Virus record (IMG/VR): IMGVR_UViG_3300027749_000073
Span: 25,503 to 89,502 of that record
Length of the DNA: 64,000 bases
DNA from: a virus
Strand: one strand, 5' to 3'
A program made the translations under genes and the position numbers. Below the pieces are notes generated by a model, which saw only the letters and a program-made list of their open reading frames with translations, ran no database searches and was not told the DNA's origin. Shown piece after piece: positions 8,760 through 19,162 of this stretch. Every line of letters begins with the position of its first letter. Positions within the stretch are counted from its first letter, which is position 1.

Positions 8760-11700
8760 ATGGCTGTTGGTCGAATTTCTGGTCCGCTCTTAAAAGCAAA
8801 CCTTCTTCGCGACGGTGTGAATTTAGCTTTTGAGACCGACTTATTATTTTTAGATGTAGTAAACGGGCGGATAGGCATTAAGACAGCATCGCCACAATAC
8901 ACACTTGACGTTAATGGTACAACTCGTACTACAAATCTTCAAACAACAACTCAAGCAAATATTGCTTCGTTTACATTTAGTACAAATACTATTGCAAGCA
9001 CTAACAGCATTATTAGTTTAGAGCCATCTGGCTCAAACTCTGTTGTTTATCAAAGTAAAGTTTTAGTTAATAATAATCTTCAACTTTATACAAACAGTAT
9101 TCAAACAACTACTACTAATTCTGATTTAGAAATTAGAACCAATGGTACTGGCCAAGTTAATATTAATTCAAACGTCTATGTCACAGGTAATGTGCATGCA
9201 ACCGGCAATATTACTGCTGATGGAAATATTACTATTGGTGATGCAAATACTGATGGTGTTACTTTTAACGCAGATATTACAAGTAATATTATTCCGGATG
9301 TTACCAATTTTTATGACCTAGGAAGTGATCCTACAGCTAGCGGAAAAGCATGGAAAACATCATACATTACAGATGTTAAAACTACAAATATTACCACTGC
9401 TGGCATTACTGCTAATGGCGTTAACCTAGTTTTACCTCAAGGTAATATCCGATATGTTGCAACTACCGGTAGCGATTCGAACGCAGGCGTCCATGAACAC
9501 AATCCGTATTTAACGTTAAAATATGCACTAAGCCAAGCACAAAGCGGTGATACTATTGTCATATATCCAGGAACATACTCTGAAATATTTCCTTTAACGA
9601 TTCCGCAAGGAGTAACGGTTAAAGGAACAGGAGTTCGTGCGGTTAATATTACGCCTACTGTTGGCACAATTGACAAAGATGCGTTTTTATTAAACGGCGA
9701 AGTTACTATCGAAGATTTAACTATTAGTGGGTTTAGATTTAATTCAACTAATAATACCGGGTATGGTTTTAGATTTGCTAGCAATTTCTTAGTCACTACT
9801 CGCAGTCCATATATTAGAAATGTAACAGTAATTACAAAAGGATCAACTACATCTACTGCTGATCCATATGGGTTTGACAGCAATGATGCAGGTAAAGGTG
9901 CATTATTAGACGGTAGTGTTGCAAATGTAAACAGTAAAGAAGCTACTGGTTTATTCCATTCTGTAACTTTTATTACACCTAACCAAGAAACATTGATTGC
10001 AACTAATGGTGTCAGGATTGAATGGTTAAATTCATTCACTTACTTCGCAGATATTGGCATATACGCATACAGCGGGACTACAGGTTTTGCAGGTGCAGGT
10101 CAAACACGTCTTAGAATCGATACACGCACCGGAACATGGGCAACTGGTAACACAGTAACATACTATGATACTAATGGAACTACTGTTTTAGGAACAGGTA
10201 CAATTGCAAGTATTACTGGAAACTATGTTAACTTAACTGGAAAATGTATTGGTTTTCAAACAATTTCTAATAGAACAAGTAAGTTAATTTATCCAAGTGG
10301 TAATGCATCTTTATCGACTGCTCAAAAGAAATTTGGTACAGCAAGTCTTGCATTGGACGGCACTGGCGATTTTATCACAGTTGCATCGCAGCCTGATTTT
10401 GAATTTGGCACAGGTGATTTCTGCGTTGAAATGTGGATCTATAGAACCGGAAGTCCTGGTGTTAATCAAATCTTAGCCGATTTTCGTTCATCGACACCGC
10501 AGATTGTTCCGACATTTTATTTAAGTACAACATATTACCCTTCGTTAGTTGTTAACGGTGCAACTGTTATTACTGGCACTACCGCTGCTGCATTAAATAC
10601 ATGGACACACGTTGCACTATCTAAAAGTGGAACTAGTACTAAGATTTTTATTAACGGTACTCAAACCGGATCTACATACACCGATACTAATACCTATGTT
10701 CAAGGACCTGTTACTATTGGTGCGCGTTTTGATAATACTACTGCATTCTTTGGCTACATCGACGATGTGAGAATCAGTAAAGGTGTTCCGAGATACACCA
10801 GTACATTTACAGTACCGGCTGCTGCATTAAGTGGCGATTTAAGCACTGTTCTTTTGCTACATTTTAATGGCACAAATGGTTCAACAACTATTTTAGATGA
10901 CGGTGTTACACTTCAAGATTTAAGAACAAGCGCAGGCGGCACTGCTACTATAATCAATCACGCAGATTATTCTGATTTTGCTGCTGAAATTCGAGCAATC
11001 GGCAGTGCAAATATTTACGGTAACTATGGCATCAAAGGTGACGGCGATGGTGTTGTTATATACTTAATCTCACATAATTTATCGTATGTTGGCTCAGGAA
11101 AATCTAGTATTAATAACCCTAGCGAACGCATTGATGCCAATGAAATTACAAAATTAAATCGTGCTAAAATCTATTTTTCCTATGTTGACAATGACGGTAA
11201 CTTTAACGTAGGCGACAAGTTTTCTGTTAATCAAAAAACAGGAGATGTAACATTTAACGGCCAGACAGTTAACGTTACATCGTTGACCGGTGTAACTTTT
11301 ACCGATGGCACACATACTACATCAGTAACTGCTCAAGAAATTGATACTGGCAATCTTAGAATTAGCGGTAACACTATCGAAAGTATTACAGGTGATGTAA
11401 ACGTTACTGCAGCAAGTGGTGCAATTAATCTACAAAATAATACCTACGTTTCTGGTAATTTAGATGTTACAGGAAATGTAACTATTGGCGGAAATATCAC
11501 TATCGGTGATCAAACTACAGACACGGTTAGTTTTATTGCAGGTATTAACAGTGATTTAATTCCATCAACTACTGCTACATATAACCTAGGAACAACAAGT
11601 TTACGTTGGAATAATGCGTATCTAAGTAGAGTTGAAATTGACAATTTAGTCATTGACAGCAACACGATTAGCACTACAAATGCTAATGATGATCTTCAAC

Positions 11701-12800
11701 TTATTGCAAACGGCACCGGAAGAATTTACATTCCTAGTAGCAGTGTTCAAATTGATCAGAATTTAACAGTTACTAATAACCTAACAGTAACAACCGGAAC
11801 TACCTATTTAAAAAGCGCAGGAGTTACTGGTACAATTACACAAACTGGTGACATTAACCAAACTGGCAATTTTACAACTAGCGGCAATACAAGTGTTACT
11901 GGGAATATTACTGGTACTGGTTACCTGCAATTACCGCAAATTACAATTTCAGGTAACACTGTCCAAACTACAGTTACAGACACTGATTTGGAATTACAAG
12001 CAAATGGTACAGGGAATGTTATTATTGAAGGAATCAAAGTTCAAGATAACATCATCCAAAGTATTGTTGCTAACTCTAATATTACACTTACGCCTCAAGG
12101 CACAGGCGGCGTAATAATTAACAGTACTCAAAGCTTACAAATACCAGTAGGTACAACTGCCCAACGTCCTGGAACTCCTACTAATGGCATGGTGCGGTAT
12201 AATACTTCTTTGTTGAGATACGAAGGATACAACAATGGTTATTGGTTACAACTTAGTGGTGTTATCGATAACAGCGGCAACACTAGGATTTTAGCAGAAG
12301 CAACTCCCGGTGCAAATGATAATATTTTATATTTTTATGCTAACAATAATTTAACTGCTACAATTGACAGTACAAAATTATTCACGCAACGATTACAAAC
12401 TAGCAACTTAGATATTAATAATAACACTATTAGTTCAATAACTACAAACAGTGATATTAATTTAACTGCAACCGGGACTGGTCGTATTAGGTTTGGAAAT
12501 CTAGCAGTAAGCAGCAACACAATTGCTAATATTGTTACTGATGCAATTACAGATTTCTCACAGGCAGGGACAGGTTACGTTAAATTTAGTGGCACCTATG
12601 GTGTCGTAATTCCTAGTGGTAATACTGCAACCGATCGCCCACCTGTAACTGAAACCGGTATGATACGATTTAATACAGTCGACAAAGGTGTCGAAGTCTT
12701 TAACGGTATTTCATGGGGTAGTGTTGCAGGTAGTGCTAACGGAGTGTCAGCATCAACTGCAAATGATATTGGGTTAGCATCTGCATTAATTTTTGGATAA
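8760..12800 (+). CDS. Long fibre/spike protein with beta-helix and inserted LamG/concanavalin-like lectin domain (paralogue A2)
   Basis: Same N-terminus and beta-helix as 5440; LamG signature FGTASLALDG..DFCVEMWIY..WTHVAL..GYIDDVRISKG at ~10330-10860. Confidence 0.75.
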   Translation: MAVGRISGPLLKANLLRDGVNLAFETDLLFLDVVNGRIGIKTASPQYTLDVNGTTRTTNLQTTTQANIASFTFSTNTIASTNSIISLEPSGSNSVVYQSKVLVNNNLQLYTNSIQTTTTNSDLEIRTNGTGQVNINSNVYVTGNVHATGNITADGNITIGDANTDGVTFNADITSNIIPDVTNFYDLGSDPTASGKAWKTSYITDVKTTNITTAGITANGVNLVLPQGNIRYVATTGSDSNAGVHEHNPYLTLKYALSQAQSGDTIVIYPGTYSEIFPLTIPQGVTVKGTGVRAVNITPTVGTIDKDAFLLNGEVTIEDLTISGFRFNSTNNTGYGFRFASNFLVTTRSPYIRNVTVITKGSTTSTADPYGFDSNDAGKGALLDGSVANVNSKEATGLFHSVTFITPNQETLIATNGVRIEWLNSFTYFADIGIYAYSGTTGFAGAGQTRLRIDTRTGTWATGNTVTYYDTNGTTVLGTGTIASITGNYVNLTGKCIGFQTISNRTSKLIYPSGNASLSTAQKKFGTASLALDGTGDFITVASQPDFEFGTGDFCVEMWIYRTGSPGVNQILADFRSSTPQIVPTFYLSTTYYPSLVVNGATVITGTTAAALNTWTHVALSKSGTSTKIFINGTQTGSTYTDTNTYVQGPVTIGARFDNTTAFFGYIDDVRISKGVPRYTSTFTVPAAALSGDLSTVLLLHFNGTNGSTTILDDGVTLQDLRTSAGGTATIINHADYSDFAAEIRAIGSANIYGNYGIKGDGDGVVIYLISHNLSYVGSGKSSINNPSERIDANEITKLNRAKIYFSYVDNDGNFNVGDKFSVNQKTGDVTFNGQTVNVTSLTGVTFTDGTHTTSVTAQEIDTGNLRISGNTIESITGDVNVTAASGAINLQNNTYVSGNLDVTGNVTIGGNITIGDQTTDTVSFIAGINSDLIPSTTATYNLGTTSLRWNNAYLSRVEIDNLVIDSNTISTTNANDDLQLIANGTGRIYIPSSSVQIDQNLTVTNNLTVTTGTTYLKSAGVTGTITQTGDINQTGNFTTSGNTSVTGNITGTGYLQLPQITISGNTVQTTVTDTDLELQANGTGNVIIEGIKVQDNIIQSIVANSNITLTPQGTGGVIINSTQSLQIPVGTTAQRPGTPTNGMVRYNTSLLRYEGYNNGYWLQLSGVIDNSGNTRILAEATPGANDNILYFYANNNLTATIDSTKLFTQRLQTSNLDINNNTISSITTNSDINLTATGTGRIRFGNLAVSSNTIANIVTDAITDFSQAGTGYVKFSGTYGVVIPSGNTATDRPPVTETGMIRFNTVDKGVEVFNGISWGSVAGSANGVSASTANDIGLASALIFG

Positions 12801-12803
12801 ACA

Positions 12804-13133
12804 ATGGCTACATTTTTAAGAACAACAGTAAAGAAAAATATCGGAACTACTCCGATCACTGTATTAACAGCAGGTGCAACTAGTAGTTTTACGATTATCG
12901 GGTGTAATTTATCAAATACAACAGACTACGATGTTATTGTTAACATAACAATTACTGATGCTACTAGTGTAACCGGTAGCTATGTATCTGCACTAACAAT
13001 ACGACCGTACAATAGCGCAAAGATAATCACTAACGGTGAAAAATTAATATTAGCAAGTACTTGCACGATGACAATAACTAGTGATACAGATAACAGTATC
13101 GATGCAATAATAAGTTATGCTGAAGTAATATAA
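12804..13133 (+). CDS. Small virion adaptor-like protein (paralogue 2)
   Basis: IIGCNLSN...GEKLIL...SIDAIISYAE. Confidence 0.6.
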   Translation: MATFLRTTVKKNIGTTPITVLTAGATSSFTIIGCNLSNTTDYDVIVNITITDATSVTGSYVSALTIRPYNSAKIITNGEKLILASTCTMTITSDTDNSIDAIISYAEVI

Positions 13134-13142
13134 GGAATTACA

Positions 13143-13499
13143 ATGAGTAATTATTTTTTAGGTAATGAAAAATCTGATATCATAGGTGATAGTGCAACAT
13201 ATTTGTACGGATTACGCAGAACAGATGATGGTGAATTATATTTTGCAAGAGTAAATCAACTAAGCAGAAGCGATTCAATACAAATTAACAAAGAGGGCGA
13301 TCCTTCTGAAAATTATCCTGATTTTGAAATGGATGTTGATTTTTTTGAAGGTAGAGATGTGTATCATAATTTAACTTACAAAAACTTAAATTATGAACAA
13401 TATCGGTGGGAAGACAGAAACATATATTACTATATTGATAGTTCAGGCAATTTAGTAATGCGGACTGACACTAAATATCAGTATCCAACTGGAATATAA
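13143..13499 (+). CDS. Hypothetical protein (probably virion)
   Basis: ORF with SD in a structural operon. Confidence 0.55.
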   Translation: MSNYFLGNEKSDIIGDSATYLYGLRRTDDGELYFARVNQLSRSDSIQINKEGDPSENYPDFEMDVDFFEGRDVYHNLTYKNLNYEQYRWEDRNIYYYIDSSGNLVMRTDTKYQYPTGI

Positions 13500-13510
13500 C
13501 GAGGTAAGAA

Positions 13511-16500
13511 ATGGCTGAATTTAAATTAGATAAAATTAGATTTACCTGGAAAGGTGATTGGACTACTAGTATTTTTTATACTAAAGACGACATTGTTCGT
13601 TATGGCGGAAAGTCGTATGTATGTCTAGTAGGACACACTGCAAGTTCCAATTTCTATACAGACTTAAACTATATTAATACTGCAACTGAACCTGATATTG
13701 CTGCTCCAAAATGGACACTATGGTTTGATGGTTATGCATGGAAAAGTAGTTGGAATTATTCAACATTTTATAATCAAGGCGATGTTGTTAGATTTAACGG
13801 ATATTTATATCTTTGTATTACCTCTCACACCTCTACTGCAAATATTAACAGCATGTCAGGGTTAACTACTGATTCATCAAACTGGTCAGTCTATCTTAAA
13901 ACTGATTATTGGACAGGTGAATGGATAGTTACTACTGCATACCAAAAAGGCGATATTGCAAGATATGGCGGCACTATTTATAGATGTATAATTACACATC
14001 AGTCAGATCCACTAATTGGTTTTCCAAGTTGGGGATGGGAAATTGTTACACAAGGTATTGATTATAAATCATCGTGGGCAAGCTCAACTGTGTACAAAGC
14101 ATACGACCTTGTAAAATATGGAGCAAATATTTGGAAATGTACTACTGATCATACTTCCGCAAGTACGTTTACACCAGCTAATTGGACAATTTACGTACCT
14201 GGTGTAACATTTAGAAACAATTGGAATAATGCTACTAGCTATATTCCAGGTGATATTGTAGGATATGGCGGTTACAATTACACAAGTAATACTCACAATA
14301 CAAATTCAGTGCCATCGACTCATCTAGTTGATTGGACATTAGTAACTAAAGGTTTTAGAATACAAGGTGACTGGTCATCTGCTACGCAATATTATGTCGG
14401 TGACGTTGTTAGAAGAAATGGCTATGTGTATGTTAGTATCGCAGATAATTTAAATTTAGAGCCAGCATCAAACGTAAGTTATTGGACTACCTTAATCACT
14501 GGTACGCAGTGGAATAATCGCTGGGTAGTCGGTACTTCATATTTATTAGGCGATATTGTAATTTACAAATCAATTGCATATCTATGTATTTTAGCCCATA
14601 CTGCGTCATCAGGTAACAATCCAATTTCTGGTATCGGTGTACAATGGAATACATTAATTTCAGGTGATGCAAATGAACCTATGACAACTATAGGTGATAC
14701 TCTAACCTATAACATAGTTAATACTGCATTGCCGATCGGAACATCCGGCAATGTTCTTAAATCATCAGGAACGATGCCGTACTGGGGAGACTTTGGCGGT
14801 ATTACAGTTGTGTATTACGTTGCTCCAAACGGTACAGATACGGTTACTTCTGGTACTACGTTAGCAAACCCGTTTTTAACTATAAAATATGCATGTGATT
14901 TTATTAGAGGATTAGCAGTACCTAGTGCTACATTGTTTATTAAAACAGGTATTTACACAGAAACATTGCCTATCATTGTTGCTGCTGGATTAGAATTAGT
15001 AGGTGACGAAATTAGAAGCACTGTTGTTCAACCTGCATCTGGATATACAACGTCAAATATGTTCTATGTACGAAATGGTTCTGGTATTAGAAACATGACA
15101 TTAACAGGGCTATCTGGTTCATTAGGCACAGCAAATATTTATGGAACTAGTCGCCCAACAGCAGGAGCGTATGTTAGTTTAGACCCGGGTTCAGGCACTA
15201 ATGATTCTTCGGTTTGGATTACGACAAAATCACCATATGTACAAAATGTATCTACATTTGGAACTGGTTGCACTGGCTTAAAAATTGATGGAACATTACA
15301 TAACGGCGGCAACAAATCAGTTGTTGCTAACGATTTTACTCAGATCTTAAGTGATGGTATTGGCGTTTGGTGTACTGGCTCAAGTGCATTAGTTGAATTA
15401 GTATCTGTGTTTTCATATTATGGCCACATTGGATACTTAGCAGAAAATGGTGGCAAAATTCGTGCTACAAATGGTAACAGTTCATATGGTACATACGGTA
15501 CAGTATCAGAAGGATACGATTCAACCGAAACTCCATTAGCTGGAACTGTTAATAACAGAAATCAATCTGCACAAGTTGCATCTGTTTTTGCAGGTCAAGC
15601 ACAAAATAAAATTTTAGCAGTTGAATACTCAAATGCAGGTCAAAATTACTCATTAATCTCTCCACCTACTTTTACATTTGGAGGTGCAGGAACTAACGTA
15701 AGCACATTAGTAGACGAATATAGAGACGGTGCAGTTTTTGAAGCAATGATAACTGGTACAGACGCAAATGCAGGTGGTTTTGGCTATTTAACTGCAGGAA
15801 ACCAAGCACAAGGTGGTACTTCGACTACTATTGTTATTGCATCAAATGATACTAACTTAGCTGCAAATTATATAGGAATGCGAGTTATTATTAACAGCGG
15901 AACAGGTGTTGGACAATACGGTTATGTTCAAGCATACAACAGTCTTTCAAAAACAATTTCAGTTTATAAAGAAAGCACGGGTACTGCAGGGTGGGATCAT
16001 GTTGTTCCAGGTACTACTATTGCAACAACTTTAGATTCAACTACGGTTTACAGTATTGAACCTTGTGTTACATTTACTACACCGACGTTTGCATTAGGAA
16101 GTACCGGTACTCCGACTAACGCAAACAGTATTACTTATGGTAATGGAAAGTTTGTAGTTGTAGGTGGATCAGGTACTGGGGTTATGCAATATTCATCTAA
16201 TGGAACATCGTGGACTACCGGTACCGGTTCTGTTGCATTTAATAATCCATCAGTTGCATTTGCTGCAGCATCTAATACATTTGTTGGTATTAATGCTAGC
16301 GGAAGTACTTATGGATATTCGGCTAACGGTACATTGTGGACTGCTGGTACATTACCAACATCTGCAACAAATTCCTCTATCATTTCTGCAAGCACTAATG
16401 TAGCGTATATAAGTTACAGCGGAAGTACTAGAACTAACCTGTTAACTTATAGTGAGAATTTTAGTACCTGGAATACCAGCCTACCAGGAATTTCTAGTAA

Positions 16501-19111
16501 TGCAACTACTGCACCTGACGGAACAACTACCGGAACGTTATTTACTTCATCTATTACATCACAATCAGTTTGGTGGAATTATACTATAAACACTAATGAT
16601 ACTACTATTAGAACATTTTCAGTATTTCTTAAACCAGGAACTGTAGTATCTACTGGTATTGTTATGGTATATACCGGTTCTGCTAGTTCATACATTCAAT
16701 GCCAGATAACATGGAGTACATTATCTGTTACTTCACAGAATACTGCAGGTAACGTATCAGTCTCAACTCCAGTTGCAGTCGGTAATGGATGGTATAGATT
16801 GTCAGTAACTGGTAGTAATTTAGTAGCAGCTAATACGTTCATACAACTCCAAATTCAACCAGCTTACACAGGTACTGGAACATGTTACGTATGGGGCGCA
16901 CAACTTGAAACAGGAACCAGAGCATCAGGATATATTCAATCAGTTGCTACTCAAGGTACTGCAACCACTGAATTATTAACTTCTTCAGACGGTACGACAT
17001 GGAATGCACTAGGCTGCCCTGCAGGAAATTTTAAATATCTTGCATATGGCACCGGAGTTTATATAGCTTCTACAGGTACAAATACAAACACAATTGGATA
17101 TAGTTATAACGGTATAACTTGGACTAATATAACATTACCAGAAACTAACTATTGGTCAGCTATCGCATACGGTAATGGCCGATTTGTAATAACTAACACT
17201 AATGGATACTCGAGTTCATTTTATTCATTGGACGGAATTACTTGGACACGCGCAGATTTACCTACTAGCGGATATTGGAGTATTACTTACGGTCAAGGTA
17301 TGTTTATAGCAGTGTCTGGTACTAATGGAGGTTGTAGAAGCACAGACGGAATTAACTGGACGTCATTTACTCCTGGTGCATTTTATAACTATATTGCAAT
17401 CGGTAACCCATCTAATACACCGAGATTTGTAGCAGTTAGCTCAACCGGAAGTCTAACAGGCACGGTTGGAACACCTGCATTAGGTAGAGTTACTGTCGGA
17501 TCTGGTAAAATTGGTTCAATTAAATTGTGGAATCCAGGAAGTGGATATCCTGCAACTCCTACTACTGCGCAATTTGTTGCTAGTGTAAATGGAACAATAT
17601 TATCGTTAACCTTATTAAATTTAGGTTCTATAGTTAACGGTATGGTATTATATGGCGGACGTGGTAATGTTGCAGCTAACACTGTAATTACTGGACAAAA
17701 TAACGTAACATTTGTTGGTTTTATTAATGGAACAATATTAACAGTAACATCAGTTAGTGTTGGTTCAATGGCAGTAGGATTAGTTCTTACTAATAGTGGC
17801 GTAGTTACTGGTACTACTGTAATAAGTTCAGATACAGCTGTGTTTAATGGTACTATTGCCGGTTCTACCTTAACAGTAACGACTATGGGATCAGGTATTA
17901 TATATCCGGGTATGGTTTTAACTGGTGGTGCATTACCTGCAGGATTGTATATTGTTTCTAATATTAGTGGAGCAGGTACTAATAGTACATGGCAAGTAAG
18001 TCAATCAGGTTCATATATTGTTTCTAATATTAATGGTATTAGATATCAAGTTGATACTTCTCAAACGATTGCAGTTGGATCTACATTTGGTGGTACTAGT
18101 TACAATATTAGTATTAGCCAAACATTAGCAACTGCTAACTTTTATGCATCACTTGAACCAGGTGCAATCGCTACTATAACTGACCCAAATGCATCGTCAA
18201 CTGTGGTTATAAACTGTCGTGTAGGAAATGGAGTTTTAGGTAATCCATCATTTATCAATCGTGGAAATAACTATCAAACATCAACTACTACTTGTACAAT
18301 TACAGGCGGTGCAGGGTATGCTGATATCTACCCAGTTTCAAAGTACTTAACAGTTAGCAATTTATCATATTCTCCAAGTTTAGGTGCAAGTTTAACAATT
18401 GGAGCAAATCAGACTCAATATAAGATTGTTAATGTTACGAATCTAACCGGCGGAACATATTACTTACAAATTAGTCCAAGTATTTCAAGATCAATTACGC
18501 CGGCACACGGCACTGCAATTGCAATTAGACAGAAATATAGTCAAGTACGACTAACAGGACATGATTATTTGTTAATTGGTACAGGTAATAAAACTACATC
18601 AAATTATCCAAATACTGATATAACTACTGCAAAATCATATAATCAAGTAATGGAAAATAATTTAGGTCGTGTATTTGTAACTGCAACTGATCAAGATGGT
18701 AATTTTAAAGTTGGTAATTTATTTGGTGTACAGCAAGCAACAGGAACTGTTACTATATCTGCAGATTTATTTAATTTATCAGGACTTAATCAAATTACAT
18801 TAGGCGGTGTACAAGTTGGGCAAAACACCGTTACTATTACACAGTTTTCAACTGATCCGTATTTTGTTGCAAACAGTGATAATATTGTTCCAACGCAGAA
18901 AGCAATTAAATCGTACATTGCAAATCAAATTAGTAACGGCGGTGCAAACGCGCAGACATCTATTATTACTGCAGGCACTGTTGGTGTTGGGCCATTCAGC
19001 ATATTTTCATCAGCAGGTACGTCGATTAAAATTAACAATAAAATGAATATGACCAAAGGGGTCGACGGTGTAATGTTAGCGTTAGCATACTTTAAATCAA
19101 GTAGAAGATAA
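13511..19111 (+). CDS. Giant fibre protein: CBM5/12-like repeats, beta-helix, BNR/Asp-box repeats (paralogue B1)
   Basis: Repeats W....Y..GD.V.Y.G..Y.C...HTS; YYVAPNGTD beta-helix; S.DG.TW repeats. Confidence 0.75.
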   Translation: MAEFKLDKIRFTWKGDWTTSIFYTKDDIVRYGGKSYVCLVGHTASSNFYTDLNYINTATEPDIAAPKWTLWFDGYAWKSSWNYSTFYNQGDVVRFNGYLYLCITSHTSTANINSMSGLTTDSSNWSVYLKTDYWTGEWIVTTAYQKGDIARYGGTIYRCIITHQSDPLIGFPSWGWEIVTQGIDYKSSWASSTVYKAYDLVKYGANIWKCTTDHTSASTFTPANWTIYVPGVTFRNNWNNATSYIPGDIVGYGGYNYTSNTHNTNSVPSTHLVDWTLVTKGFRIQGDWSSATQYYVGDVVRRNGYVYVSIADNLNLEPASNVSYWTTLITGTQWNNRWVVGTSYLLGDIVIYKSIAYLCILAHTASSGNNPISGIGVQWNTLISGDANEPMTTIGDTLTYNIVNTALPIGTSGNVLKSSGTMPYWGDFGGITVVYYVAPNGTDTVTSGTTLANPFLTIKYACDFIRGLAVPSATLFIKTGIYTETLPIIVAAGLELVGDEIRSTVVQPASGYTTSNMFYVRNGSGIRNMTLTGLSGSLGTANIYGTSRPTAGAYVSLDPGSGTNDSSVWITTKSPYVQNVSTFGTGCTGLKIDGTLHNGGNKSVVANDFTQILSDGIGVWCTGSSALVELVSVFSYYGHIGYLAENGGKIRATNGNSSYGTYGTVSEGYDSTETPLAGTVNNRNQSAQVASVFAGQAQNKILAVEYSNAGQNYSLISPPTFTFGGAGTNVSTLVDEYRDGAVFEAMITGTDANAGGFGYLTAGNQAQGGTSTTIVIASNDTNLAANYIGMRVIINSGTGVGQYGYVQAYNSLSKTISVYKESTGTAGWDHVVPGTTIATTLDSTTVYSIEPCVTFTTPTFALGSTGTPTNANSITYGNGKFVVVGGSGTGVMQYSSNGTSWTTGTGSVAFNNPSVAFAAASNTFVGINASGSTYGYSANGTLWTAGTLPTSATNSSIISASTNVAYISYSGSTRTNLLTYSENFSTWNTSLPGISSNATTAPDGTTTGTLFTSSITSQSVWWNYTINTNDTTIRTFSVFLKPGTVVSTGIVMVYTGSASSYIQCQITWSTLSVTSQNTAGNVSVSTPVAVGNGWYRLSVTGSNLVAANTFIQLQIQPAYTGTGTCYVWGAQLETGTRASGYIQSVATQGTATTELLTSSDGTTWNALGCPAGNFKYLAYGTGVYIASTGTNTNTIGYSYNGITWTNITLPETNYWSAIAYGNGRFVITNTNGYSSSFYSLDGITWTRADLPTSGYWSITYGQGMFIAVSGTNGGCRSTDGINWTSFTPGAFYNYIAIGNPSNTPRFVAVSSTGSLTGTVGTPALGRVTVGSGKIGSIKLWNPGSGYPATPTTAQFVASVNGTILSLTLLNLGSIVNGMVLYGGRGNVAANTVITGQNNVTFVGFINGTILTVTSVSVGSMAVGLVLTNSGVVTGTTVISSDTAVFNGTIAGSTLTVTTMGSGIIYPGMVLTGGALPAGLYIVSNISGAGTNSTWQVSQSGSYIVSNINGIRYQVDTSQTIAVGSTFGGTSYNISISQTLATANFYASLEPGAIATITDPNASSTVVINCRVGNGVLGNPSFINRGNNYQTSTTTCTITGGAGYADIYPVSKYLTVSNLSYSPSLGASLTIGANQTQYKIVNVTNLTGGTYYLQISPSISRSITPAHGTAIAIRQKYSQVRLTGHDYLLIGTGNKTTSNYPNTDITTAKSYNQVMENNLGRVFVTATDQDGNFKVGNLFGVQQATGTVTISADLFNLSGLNQITLGGVQVGQNTVTITQFSTDPYFVANSDNIVPTQKAIKSYIANQISNGGANAQTSIITAGTVGVGPFSIFSSAGTSIKINNKMNMTKGVDGVMLALAYFKSSRR
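15394..15486 (+). repeat. 93-bp near-identical repeat, copy 1
   Basis: Matches 22501-22593 with one mismatch (T15418 vs C22525). Confidence 0.9.
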
Positions 19112-19129
19112 TGCATTGCAATTAAACAC

Positions 19130-19136
19130 ATAAATA
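19130..19136 (+). promoter_or_regulatory. T4-type late promoter
   Basis: ATAAATA upstream of SD GGAG. Confidence 0.7.
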
Positions 19137-19162
19137 TATACATATAGATCTTGGAGCATTAA

